This document shows, piece after piece, positions 8,002 to 17,894 of a stretch of DNA of 64,000 bases. Numbering within the stretch: the first letter of the stretch is position 1; every line of letters begins with the position of its first letter. The notes under the pieces are model-generated. The model did not search any database. It was given only the letters and a program-made list of their open reading frames with translations, and had not been told where the DNA came from. Source of the stretch: an uncultured virus (IMG/VR IMGVR_UViG_3300028805_000098) (taxonomy: Duplodnaviria; Heunggongvirae; Uroviricota; Caudoviricetes); the IMG/VR virus record IMGVR_UViG_3300028805_000098, positions 1 to 64,000 of that record; one strand, given 5' to 3'. A program made the position numbers and the translations under genes.

Positions 8002-10142
8002 GTGAAGAACGAAATTTGTATATCAATCTTATGAATCCGGATTCGATGCTTAGTTGTGACATTTGTGAAAGCAACGATATCTATGACGAAGGATACATCC
8101 CGTATTTTGCTCGTCGTCGAATGGATTTGAACGAAGGCGAAAAACGAGAAATTGTCAATGACATCGCAGTCGAATTCGAGTTTGCGAGACTTCACCAATA
8201 TGGTAACCGCAAATGTGCAAGTAAAGATCATATTCACGATCTGATTGATTATATGGTCGAAAAGAATACTTTGTTTGTACCGTGGGTTAATTTACCTAAT
8301 GAAGAAGTCATTACATCAGGAGAAGAATATCGTCATGCAAATATGGCGTGGGAAATTCTCAAACACTATATTCACACCATAATTTGTGAAACGGTGAATT
8401 ACTACACTAAAGGCGCAGATACTCCTGAAAAGGTTACTGAAAACATCGAGAAATATATCCATAAAAAAGATTTGCTTGATTTCATTATGGTAGCATTCAA
8501 ACTTGGATACGACCCAATAGTGGCAGAAATATTCGCTACGATAATATGGGGTTTCAAATATCGTCGCGATATTGGTAATGATGATTTGAAGAGCTACTTT
8601 CATGAAGAAATTCTCGAGCGCATGGTAGTATTTGCATTAGTTGGTTCGAAACCTGACGACTATGAGTGGCATCTCAGTTTGGCAATACATCGCAGATTTC
8701 CTGAATTGATTGCAAAGATAGCGGCAAGCTTTAACTATTTGGAAGCCGGTATGGTTGATGTCACATATCTCGACAACAAGACACTGATTCCGTACGCATA
8801 TAACATAATGCGTAATGGTTACGATATTTCAATTTTCCAGAAGCAACACATCAGATTTCCGTGTCGGGAAGATGTCGTGGACTTCTATAAGAGAGCTATT
8901 AATTATCTGAAACCGCCCATTACTGAATTCAAGTTTCAGATGATTTTAGCTTTACAAGATAACTTCAAATGGATGATGCCTAACGAAGAAGAAATTCTGG
9001 CGTTGATTCCTGAAGATAATTCGAAAGGTCCGGATGAAGTATATTCGAGCAGTACGAGCTCTCTGATATGTTTCGTCAACTTGGGCTCATGGCTTTACGC
9101 TAATCTCGATCGTGTCAATATTGATCACGTCAAACCTGGATGGGTCAATGAAAGAAACTTGATGTTCGCAGAAGCTCTGAGTATGGCTCTTCACAAAAAA
9201 CTCAGTAACTACGCGTCATATTCACATGACGAGAGAATGCTAACTAACCAACTCGTTTATCAAACAATCAAGAGCTATATGAATATCATTAAGAAGCGTT
9301 TCGATCTGGCGAAAAAAGCTAACCCTGATGAAAATAACGAGCATATCATTTCCAATATCCCGGAGATGCAGTTCATTATTCATCTTATCCAGCATCCGGA
9401 ACGTTCGGTTAGATTATCTGCTGATATAATCCGTGAGTTGTATGATGATTACGATTTCATGAAAATTTTCATAGCGACTCTTCTTCCGATATTCAACAAC
9501 GAATTGAAACGTAAAAACCTTGACGCTTATGCCGTTATACTGAAGAACGAGTCGCTGGACGATTTAATCAGTCGCGGAGCTCCTCTCGAAGTAGTGATGA
9601 AAAACGTCAATATTTATACACATTTTGAGTGGATTAAGAAACACTACGGAACATTGTTCGTTGAACTCCCCGATTATATCTTCACATCACAAGACTTGAC
9701 AAAACCTGAAAGTTACACTCATATGATTGAAGAAAAATGGGTCTCTCGTCACTGTAATGATTTCAGCAAGGAAGATCTCGAATGGGTGATGTCTGTACTT
9801 ACAGAAGAACAACAATGTGCGTATCCGTTTCCGATTGAACTGATGCGGAAATATCGCGACATTTTCGAACCGTTGGTTGATAAAACGAATATTGACCGTT
9901 ATATCAAGGCATATGGTCTTAACTGGGTCGAAAAGAATTCCAAGATCTCTATCTCCGATATAGTGAACGCTGGAGCATATGTCAACGAACAGGTTATTCG
10001 CAGATATATCGACATCATTCTTCTTGATGATGAGCTTCGTAAGAAGATGCTGATGAATCGTCAAGTGTGTGAAATAATCATGGGACGATATAATGAATTC
10101 TCTTATTACGACGCAAGATTCCGCGATAAGAGATGTTGTTGA
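7998..10142 (+). CDS. Large hypothetical protein
   Basis: ORF of about 714 aa with no recognisable motif. Confidence 0.75.
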   Translation: MSEERNLYINLMNPDSMLSCDICESNDIYDEGYIPYFARRRMDLNEGEKREIVNDIAVEFEFARLHQYGNRKCASKDHIHDLIDYMVEKNTLFVPWVNLPNEEVITSGEEYRHANMAWEILKHYIHTIICETVNYYTKGADTPEKVTENIEKYIHKKDLLDFIMVAFKLGYDPIVAEIFATIIWGFKYRRDIGNDDLKSYFHEEILERMVVFALVGSKPDDYEWHLSLAIHRRFPELIAKIAASFNYLEAGMVDVTYLDNKTLIPYAYNIMRNGYDISIFQKQHIRFPCREDVVDFYKRAINYLKPPITEFKFQMILALQDNFKWMMPNEEEILALIPEDNSKGPDEVYSSSTSSLICFVNLGSWLYANLDRVNIDHVKPGWVNERNLMFAEALSMALHKKLSNYASYSHDERMLTNQLVYQTIKSYMNIIKKRFDLAKKANPDENNEHIISNIPEMQFIIHLIQHPERSVRLSADIIRELYDDYDFMKIFIATLLPIFNNELKRKNLDAYAVILKNESLDDLISRGAPLEVVMKNVNIYTHFEWIKKHYGTLFVELPDYIFTSQDLTKPESYTHMIEEKWVSRHCNDFSKEDLEWVMSVLTEEQQCAYPFPIELMRKYRDIFEPLVDKTNIDRYIKAYGLNWVEKNSKISISDIVNAGAYVNEQVIRRYIDIILLDDELRKKMLMNRQVCEIIMGRYNEFSYYDARFRDKRCC

Positions 10143-10435
10143 ATGACATCCTTAGAGCGAATAATTTTACGAACGCGATAAAGTGCGAAGTGTTAATGCA
10201 TCTCGAGAAAAATGGTTATTACTCGTATCCACTGATTCCAAAGATCGGTTCATATCTCATTGGTTCGGGAAATGCCGGTCGTGCGTTAGTTGCCATGATG
10301 CTCTGCAAGTACAACCACCACGATTTGAGAGAATTGATAGATAGCGACATTTTCGATATTCAAAAAGAAGATAAATCCGAAAGAACTCCGATGGGTTCAA
10401 CCGAAGACAAAATTAAGAAAATTAACAAAGAATGA
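10133..10435 (+). CDS. Hypothetical protein
   Basis: 100-aa ORF overlapping the upstream stop. Confidence 0.6.
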   Translation: MLLNDILRANNFTNAIKCEVLMHLEKNGYYSYPLIPKIGSYLIGSGNAGRALVAMMLCKYNHHDLRELIDSDIFDIQKEDKSERTPMGSTEDKIKKINKE

Positions 10436-10495
10436 AAACGGGTCGGTCAGTTTTGATTAACTGACCGACTTTGTTATCTTAAGGAGAGATGTAAA

Positions 10496-11089
10496 TTGAG
10501 ATATTTACATGACGAATTCAGAGATGGTCATTGCGACATACGTGGTTATGATACAATTACTCCTTTAGAATTCGAGTTCACTATAATGCTCCATTTCTTA
10601 GATAAACCAGCATGGATCAATGCAAATATTCATCCCGGAATTGTTAGAACGTGGGCACTTCATCAGATATTGGCAGCGTATCCAGCACCTAAACGCAGTA
10701 GACTTTCAATATGGTGGACTTCGTTTAAACAGTGGCTTCTCAGAAAATTGAATAAACCTGTTAGATTGACGAGAGAACAAAAAGAATATTATGAATTGTT
10801 GCTCGGATTAACTGCGCGTCGTGATGTAATTTTTGTAGATTCATTAGACGAAATGCGAGTTATTGCATCGGTAACCGGAAGAGGAATTAGTGTGATGAGG
10901 GACGAGCATAATCCGCTAATAATAATGCCCATGGAAATGAACACAGATGTCAGTATAGATCTTCAACACATATTGGAGAATATCTACATTTACGACTCAG
11001 AAATAGTTCATGGTGACGATATAATGGGTATGTGTCATCATATTCAAGAAATGCAAGACCGAGAAAACGAATCTGAACAACCCGAATGA
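10496..11089 (+). CDS. Hypothetical protein
   Basis: RBS AAGGAG, TTG start, 197 aa. Confidence 0.7.
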   Translation: MRYLHDEFRDGHCDIRGYDTITPLEFEFTIMLHFLDKPAWINANIHPGIVRTWALHQILAAYPAPKRSRLSIWWTSFKQWLLRKLNKPVRLTREQKEYYELLLGLTARRDVIFVDSLDEMRVIASVTGRGISVMRDEHNPLIIMPMEMNTDVSIDLQHILENIYIYDSEIVHGDDIMGMCHHIQEMQDRENESEQPE

Positions 11090-11365
11090 TTTGAAGTACC
11101 TTTCATGTACATATCGTTCCCGTGAGAAGGAGTAATTAACATGAAAGGTACTAACTTTACGCTATACTCACACAATAACGTGGGCTACAAATTCGGCGGT
11201 TTAAAACGAGTGAAATTTCACTCGTTCTTTTTTGCGAAAAAAAGCGCCATCAAAGGCGAAGAACTTGAACTTCGCCTTATCCGGTAATTCCATGTTACAT
11301 CATCAGGGGGATAATGTAACGACAAAATATCACATCGGATATTTTATCTTAATGTGACGATTTTA

Positions 11366-11477
11366 CAATCTGACATTACCCCCTCCCATAAGTATATATT
11401 ATCGTGGTGTATGAGAGTTTAGTAGGAGTTCTCTTGTACTAAATTGCGAAAACCTACGATCCACATCTTTAAGGAGG
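11366..11477 (+). promoter_or_regulatory. Conserved promoter-leader element, copy B
   Basis: caatctgacattacccc..ATATATTAT(11394-11402)cgtggtgtatgagagtttagtaggagttctcttgtactaaattgcgaaaacctacgatccacatctttaaggagg. Confidence 0.92.
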
Positions 11478-11486
11478 ATGTTTATC

Positions 11487-11726
11487 ATGACGTATGTCGA
11501 AGAAAACAAGGTCGGCGAAGCTGTCGCGCAGATGGCGCAAACCGACGAGGCGAAAGTTTTGGCGGTAGCAAAAGCAGTCTACCCTCACTGGGCAAACGCA
11601 ATGCTTCAACCAGTCCGCGTCCCCGGCGTGTACAAAGTCTTCGCAATCGGCACAGTTCACGACGTGACAATTATGGCGCGCATCGATCAAGATGGTGGCG
11701 TCTACGTCAAACACGTCGCCTGGTAA
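11487..11726 (+). CDS. Hypothetical cargo protein of cassette B (79 aa)
   Basis: ATG correctly spaced from AAGGAGG; followed by a double hairpin and T-run. Confidence 0.7.
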   Translation: MTYVEENKVGEAVAQMAQTDEAKVLAVAKAVYPHWANAMLQPVRVPGVYKVFAIGTVHDVTIMARIDQDGGVYVKHVAW

Positions 11727-11856
11727 GACAAACCAATTTAGCAACCTATATGGTTGCGACCGAACGCACAATAGCGCTCGGATTTTTTTATAACATTTAT
11801 ACACCACTTTGTTTTTTCTACCAGCAGACACTTTAAACTAAGAAAGGAGTGAGGAT

Positions 11857-14478
11857 ATGAAAATCACATATCTCAAACTCAAGAACTTTGCGGCAATAGA
11901 TGTAACTTTACACACAAAACGTCTGGAAATCGATTTCTCTAAAATGGTTAATCCGATACTGCTGTTTATCGGTCCAATCGGCTCGTGCAAAACTTATATT
12001 CTCAGTCAACTGCAACCATTTGCATATATGGGAAATGTGGATTTGCGACACGGTGAAGATATGATTATCTCCGGTAAAGATGGTGAGAAAGAAATCCATT
12101 ACCTTAAGTCAAACGGAGATGTATACGTCATTCGTCATTATTACATTGCCAAAAAAAGTGGAAGACAGATTCGCTCTTATATAGAGAAGAATGGAATCGA
12201 GATGAATACATCTGGATTAGTTACTAGCTTTAACGAGTTGGTAGAGATTGAATTCGGAATCGACATCGGATTTTTGAAAATATTGCGTCTTGGTTCAAAT
12301 GTGAATAATCTCGTCAGATTAGGTCATACAAACCGAAAAGAATTCGCGGTTAAACTTCTTAGCGAGATTGATGAATATATTCGTGACTATAAGAACGCAG
12401 TTGCGTCTTCGAGAGAGTGTAATTCCGAGCTAGCAATCATTGTGGATAAACTGAAGAAGTTTGGAGATGAATCTGCTGAAACTCGTTACAAAGAAGAACT
12501 CTGGAATATCGAACAACGTCTCGAGAAGTTGAAGCAAGATGTCGAAGAAGCCAACCGAAATTTGTATACTGCTAAGGGAAAAATTGAAACCCAAGTGAAT
12601 TCAAGTGTCGAATCATTGAGAGAACTCATAATCAACTTGAACCAAACACGCTCAGGAATTATCTCTGAATTGATGAATATGTCGAGAGAAATTGAAAACA
12701 TTCGGAGTGTGTTCGTTATTGTGGATGATCAGCAATCTTATATCGATGAGTTGAATTCAGAGAAAAACGAAAACGAACGTGAACTCGCTCGAATTATCGG
12801 AAAGATAGAAGTAATCTCACAATCGCTTGAAACAAATCAAAATTCGTTAACCGATTTAGACAATCAAGTTCGTTCTATTCAAGAAATCGATGACGAAACC
12901 AGTATTCGAGCAGAATTAAAAGAGGCTCTCAAGTTCGATAACCAGTATAAGAAATACTACGAGAACTTCAATCCGAAATGTACAAGAGATGATATTCTGG
13001 AAGATATTGCGTTGATGCAAACCATCCGTGATATGATTCTTTCTGTTAGAGAACTTTCTTCTTCTGCAAGAGAAATGTATTTCAAGGGGTATCAAAAGAA
13101 AAAGAACCCGAGAGATTATTGTGTTGCGAAACTGATTAAGTTGAAAACGGAGCTTAGTTTATGCAGTATAGATAAAGCACATTCCGAAGTCAAAATGATT
13201 CCCCCTATCGGATGTAATCAAACTGAAATCTGTCCGTTTTTCAATGCTCTCAGAGAAAAAGAGTTTCGTTCAATCCACGACATTAAAAAAGATATTGATG
13301 TTGGAAATGAAGCTCTTAAAGTTTGTGACGCCATGTCGCATATCAAATCGGTGTTAGATGCCAGGCGAAAAATCTTTCCGTATAACGTCGAATTTGCAAA
13401 TGTGATACTCGATACAATGGAAGGTTCGATGAAATTTTTCGACTTCGACGAAGTCGGTCAAATGGTTACGTTCCTTGAAAAGTTCGAAGAATGGAAAGAA
13501 ACTCGAGAAAGAATTCAGAAGTATGAGTCTCAGCTCGAAATTATTCAGCAGCGAAAAGAATCAGCGGATAAATCTGTTATCGATAGGCGAAATGAACTCA
13601 TTATCCAAATCTCTAATATGGAAAAAACTCTTAACGATCTTCACAAGAAAAAGAAACATCTGAAGAAAGATATAGAGATTTGCGAAGAGATTATCGATGA
13701 CGCGAAACATTTCTTTGAATTATTGCGCCGAAAAGAAGAATATTCCAAATCTTTGAAAGAAGTCGATAACGAGCTGAAAGTATTAGATTCGAAGATTACA
13801 CTACTTAACGAATTTGATACTTACGTGGTTTCGACTAACCGAAACATCGAACAGATGAAAGCGCAGATTAAAGAACTTGAGCAGTTACATTTCCAAACAA
13901 AAGTCAAGTTAATGGAATATATTCAGCTTAGAGAGCAAAAAGAAGCATTAACTGCCAAGTATAATGAGGTTGAGTTAGTGAAGAATGCGGTCTCCAGTAA
14001 TCGAGGAATTCCGTTGCTCTATCTTAATGCTCATTTTGGAAGAGCCAGAAATATTGCTAATCGAATCATATCCGAGGTCTGCGGTGATGCAATTCAACTT
14101 GAACGCATTATAATAGACGATAAAGAATTCCGCATTCCATATACGAAAAACGGAATCGTCATATCAGATGCAATTCAAGCGTCACAGGGAGAAACTTCAG
14201 TAATCTCAATGGCATTATCATTTGCGTTAATCGAAGAGTTCATCGGAACGGACGGCTATAACATACTTCTGTTGGACGAAGTAGACGGACCACTCGACAT
14301 CGACATCAAAGCTCACCTCTTGAGAATGTTGGAAAAACGAATGCAAGCAATGAATTGCGAACAATTGTTTATGATAACGCACAATCCACTGTTCGAGAAT
14401 TATCCGGTAGACGTATTCGTAACTATCGAGCAAGATAATCAGCTTGATTCATATAAGAATATCAATAGAATAAATTGA
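11857..14478 (+). CDS. sbcC: SbcC/Rad50-like SMC-family ATPase
   Basis: Walker A GPIGSCKT, long coiled coil with a central Cys pair, signature SQGE, Walker B LLLDEVDG, ITHN. Confidence 0.85.
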   Translation: MKITYLKLKNFAAIDVTLHTKRLEIDFSKMVNPILLFIGPIGSCKTYILSQLQPFAYMGNVDLRHGEDMIISGKDGEKEIHYLKSNGDVYVIRHYYIAKKSGRQIRSYIEKNGIEMNTSGLVTSFNELVEIEFGIDIGFLKILRLGSNVNNLVRLGHTNRKEFAVKLLSEIDEYIRDYKNAVASSRECNSELAIIVDKLKKFGDESAETRYKEELWNIEQRLEKLKQDVEEANRNLYTAKGKIETQVNSSVESLRELIINLNQTRSGIISELMNMSREIENIRSVFVIVDDQQSYIDELNSEKNENERELARIIGKIEVISQSLETNQNSLTDLDNQVRSIQEIDDETSIRAELKEALKFDNQYKKYYENFNPKCTRDDILEDIALMQTIRDMILSVRELSSSAREMYFKGYQKKKNPRDYCVAKLIKLKTELSLCSIDKAHSEVKMIPPIGCNQTEICPFFNALREKEFRSIHDIKKDIDVGNEALKVCDAMSHIKSVLDARRKIFPYNVEFANVILDTMEGSMKFFDFDEVGQMVTFLEKFEEWKETRERIQKYESQLEIIQQRKESADKSVIDRRNELIIQISNMEKTLNDLHKKKKHLKKDIEICEEIIDDAKHFFELLRRKEEYSKSLKEVDNELKVLDSKITLLNEFDTYVVSTNRNIEQMKAQIKELEQLHFQTKVKLMEYIQLREQKEALTAKYNEVELVKNAVSSNRGIPLLYLNAHFGRARNIANRIISEVCGDAIQLERIIIDDKEFRIPYTKNGIVISDAIQASQGETSVISMALSFALIEEFIGTDGYNILLLDEVDGPLDIDIKAHLLRMLEKRMQAMNCEQLFMITHNPLFENYPVDVFVTIEQDNQLDSYKNINRIN

Positions 14479-14479
14479 G

Positions 14480-14743
14480 GTGAGTTTTATGGCTAAGACT
14501 TCATTCAGAGAAGCATTGGTCAAAGCAGAGGTGTACGTTGATGGTGTGTGGCTTCTTAAGAAATTCGAGGATATTGAACGTGGTGAGATATTCCGTACCT
14601 ACAGCGATTACAAGAATAAAGTATTGAATAAAGATGCTGAAGGTCACTGGGCTTTCATGGCAGACAGAAAATCTCATACCGAAAATGGATTCACGTATCA
14701 AATCGACTGTCATCCGGTTGTAAATGTAGAATTGCCGTTGTAA
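14480..14743 (+). CDS. Hypothetical protein
   Basis: 87-aa ORF followed by a GGGAGCACT/AGTGCTCCC hairpin. Confidence 0.6.
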   Translation: MSFMAKTSFREALVKAEVYVDGVWLLKKFEDIERGEIFRTYSDYKNKVLNKDAEGHWAFMADRKSHTENGFTYQIDCHPVVNVELPL

Positions 14744-14788
14744 ACGCGTATCGTGGGAGCACTAATAATTAGTGCTCCCTTAATCCGC

Positions 14789-15976
14789 TTAATAATCGAT
14801 AATCTCATAGATTCGTCCACGATTATCTTTAGCAACTCCAGTTTCGTCATTCCAAGTCATCTTAATTCTGGTTTTATCAGGAACTTCGTAATCCGGAACT
14901 TCAATGTCATCTTTATCGACCGCAACAAATTCAAATTCGTATTTCCCTGTAGATTCATCAGACCAGCGTCTCACTTTTATCTTGACACCACGAGATTCGT
15001 TTCTGATTAAACTATCTCCGGCACTTGACCTTCCATATATTGGATCGTCTTTATATTGCTCAGATAAACTACTCAAGTGTTCTTCCATATCTGGGTCAAA
15101 ATCAACAGACATTCGTTCTTGTGAATCGATCTGACGAGTATTGCCATCTTTGTCAATAACCGGACCTGTATCGAAATCTTCTGTATATGATTCAACCGGA
15201 ATCTCACGTTTTGCGTTTTCTTCAAGTCGATTAAATTCTTCTTCACTAATTGCTGTGGAACTTTGTAACACATTAGAGAATTCGCGAGTACTTTGACCAA
15301 ACAAACTGCGAAGAGCCATTGCACCGAGAGATTCTTGGTCAAGTCCGTTTTCGTCAGAATCTTTACGTTTAGATTCCTCTTTAAACGCCAAATCATTAGC
15401 GATCTTCTTAAGGTCAGCAAGTTGTTTTATGATAGCCAACCTATGAGAGCTAGCCGATACTAATGCTGAAGCAAAATCTGTAGCAGTTTTACCCATAACA
15501 CCACGAACAGATCCATTTTTAGCTAATGACATAAAAGCTTCACGAATCACTCGAGTATCATTGTCGGACTCTTTAAGCAAAGCTAACATCAACGCTTCTT
15601 CGGTCTTGAACATTGCCGAGTATTTCTTGACCAAATCTTTGTGTTTCTTGCGTCCTTTACCTTCACCATTCATAAATTTGTCTGGGTCAAATTCCATCTT
15701 CCCATCTTTCTTCTTCAAAGCTTTCTTTATGTCTTTAGCCATTTCCATAATGCCTTCGATTTCAGCATCGACACTTGCAGTAGAAGAAAAAGAATCTATT
15801 CCGCCAAGTAAATCATCAAGTTCATCAGCGACCGCTTTCTTCTTTTTCTTCTTTTTCTTTTCGTCTTTAACCCGTTTAGAAAGTCCAAGACTTAAATCTT
15901 CTTCAGGTTCTTCAACTGAACCGAACGGATTATCTTTAGACTTTTTCAATTCTTCAAGTTCAGCATCTATATTCAT
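14789..15976 (-). CDS. Hypothetical phage protein, highly charged
   Basis: RBS AAGGAGG; late-type promoter at 16002-16013. Confidence 0.75.
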   Translation of the reverse strand: MNIDAELEELKKSKDNPFGSVEEPEEDLSLGLSKRVKDEKKKKKKKKAVADELDDLLGGIDSFSSTASVDAEIEGIMEMAKDIKKALKKKDGKMEFDPDKFMNGEGKGRKKHKDLVKKYSAMFKTEEALMLALLKESDNDTRVIREAFMSLAKNGSVRGVMGKTATDFASALVSASSHRLAIIKQLADLKKIANDLAFKEESKRKDSDENGLDQESLGAMALRSLFGQSTREFSNVLQSSTAISEEEFNRLEENAKREIPVESYTEDFDTGPVIDKDGNTRQIDSQERMSVDFDPDMEEHLSSLSEQYKDDPIYGRSSAGDSLIRNESRGVKIKVRRWSDESTGKYEFEFVAVDKDDIEVPDYEVPDKTRIKMTWNDETGVAKDNRGRIYEIIDY

Positions 15977-16088
15977 CGTTTATCGCCTCCTTTAGACATA
16001 TTAAACTGGTGTCAATTATCTACGGAATTAAAGAACAACCCACCCAGACACAACTATTTAATCTGAATACAGTCAGGAGTTGAGATAA

Positions 16089-17894
16089 ATGAAATTTTTA
16101 GGAGACTTAGACACGAGAGATATAATTCTTCTCGATGTCAAATACGTTAAACCTAGAGCAGGAGATGAAGACGATACCGACTATGCGATGTTGTTGTTTA
16201 AAAACGTTCGCACGGGTTTGAAATTCGTTCATAATATTCCAAACCCAAAAGTCGAAATCTTCTTCGTCAAACCAGAATACAGAGATTTTACTAACAATCT
16301 TACTGCCATAGAGAAAGATAAACTTTACTCAAAAACGGTGCCGTACAGAGATGTTTTAAAAGTCATCGCGGAAGAAGCTGGTGGTAAGTGGAAAGAATTT
16401 CGCAATCAGTGTATTCAACAACGAAACTTCAGAACGATGAATAACCTGTTTCATTATCCGTATAGTTTCGGAGCCGACTTGGATATATGCGATTTTTATC
16501 GTTGCTGGTGGACGATTCATTACTATCATCCGGAGACAAAAGTCGTTTTGAAAAAAGCGTTTCTGGATATCGAGAACGATGTTGTCGATTACATCGGAAT
16601 GCCCGAAAAAGGTAGAGCCCCAGTTAACGCGGTAAGTGTTTGTGATGGCTACAATAAGAAGGTTCACACTTTCTGTTTACGCAATGCCGCCAGACCAAAT
16701 CCGTTAATACAAGAATTCGAAGACGACATCGATAACTTCTACAAACTCTGTCACGAAACTTACGATGAAGAATTTCCGGGATTTGGATATCAGATTTATA
16801 TGTTCGATGATGAACTGAAGATGTTGTATAAGCTCTTTGAAGTTCTTCGAATGATTGACCCGGATATGCTCGGAATCTGGAATATGGGATATGATGTTCA
16901 GAATCTTATAGCCAGAACTTATCAACTCGGAGGAGATGCTCATGAGTTATTTTGTGACCCGGAATTCAAGTTGGAAAAGCTTAACTATTGGGAAGATAAA
17001 AACACCGGCAAACCAGTTCTCAAGAAAGACTTTTTCGACGTGACTTCCAAGATAGTTTGGACGGATGCGATGTTGAATTACGGTAAGCTCAGAAAGAATC
17101 GTGCGCAACTTCGTTCGTCTAAACTCGATTACATTGCCAGAACCGAAATAGGAAGCGGAAAATTTGAATATAGCGGGAGTTATGATAAATTTCTTCCGTA
17201 TACAGATTACCGCAAATTCATTCTCTATTCCATCAAAGACGTTCTTTTGTTATATGGAATCGAGAATAAAACCGAAGATATGGACGATGTATTATCGAGA
17301 GCAACGGTTAATGGTTCATCTTACAAAGAGATTTTCTCACAGACGAAATTCTTGAAGAATCGATTCTATATTGAGTGTATCAATCAAGGTTTTGTGGCTG
17401 GGAATAATTGTAATATGGATTATTCTAAACCGTACGGTGAAGATGATGATGACGACGAAAAGTTTGATGGTGCGGTTGTCGGAAATCCCGAATTGAACGA
17501 AAATGTCGGTGAAGTTCTTTTCGGTAATCCGAGCAAGTATGTGTTCAAGTACGTGATAGACATGGACTTTGCGGCGCTCTATCCGAACACAATAATCTCA
17601 TTCAACATCAGCGCCAAAACAATGGTTGGTAAACTCCTTATAGATAACAAACATTACAACGGTAACGCGAGAGATGTCTACGAGGAGGATCCTAATCTCA
17701 AATTCGAATGTGGAAAAGAATACCTTGAGAACTATCTCACAAAAGACGTTATCCGTATGGGTATGAACTGGCATAATCTTCCGAGTGTAGAAGAAATGTT
17801 AGATGAACTTGACGAAATACATCCATGTTCAAAACATATCAAAATCGATAATCAATATAGTGATTTCGAAGAAGCTGTAATTGGAATGGAGTGA
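16089..17894 (+). CDS. Family B DNA polymerase, N-terminal subunit (3'-5' exonuclease plus motif A) of a split enzyme
   Basis: FLDIEND, WNMGYD and YSIKDV exonuclease motifs; DMDFAALYPNTI motif A; no KxxxNSxYG or YGDTDS. Confidence 0.85.
   Translation: MKFLGDLDTRDIILLDVKYVKPRAGDEDDTDYAMLLFKNVRTGLKFVHNIPNPKVEIFFVKPEYRDFTNNLTAIEKDKLYSKTVPYRDVLKVIAEEAGGKWKEFRNQCIQQRNFRTMNNLFHYPYSFGADLDICDFYRCWWTIHYYHPETKVVLKKAFLDIENDVVDYIGMPEKGRAPVNAVSVCDGYNKKVHTFCLRNAARPNPLIQEFEDDIDNFYKLCHETYDEEFPGFGYQIYMFDDELKMLYKLFEVLRMIDPDMLGIWNMGYDVQNLIARTYQLGGDAHELFCDPEFKLEKLNYWEDKNTGKPVLKKDFFDVTSKIVWTDAMLNYGKLRKNRAQLRSSKLDYIARTEIGSGKFEYSGSYDKFLPYTDYRKFILYSIKDVLLLYGIENKTEDMDDVLSRATVNGSSYKEIFSQTKFLKNRFYIECINQGFVAGNNCNMDYSKPYGEDDDDDEKFDGAVVGNPELNENVGEVLFGNPSKYVFKYVIDMDFAALYPNTIISFNISAKTMVGKLLIDNKHYNGNARDVYEEDPNLKFECGKEYLENYLTKDVIRMGMNWHNLPSVEEMLDELDEIHPCSKHIKIDNQYSDFEEAVIGME

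Noticed and set aside
14480..14743. Paralogy with 47551-47817 (FEDIERGEIF vs YSELRKGDLF)
   Set aside because: Similarity is limited to about 10 residues and cannot be supported without a profile search.
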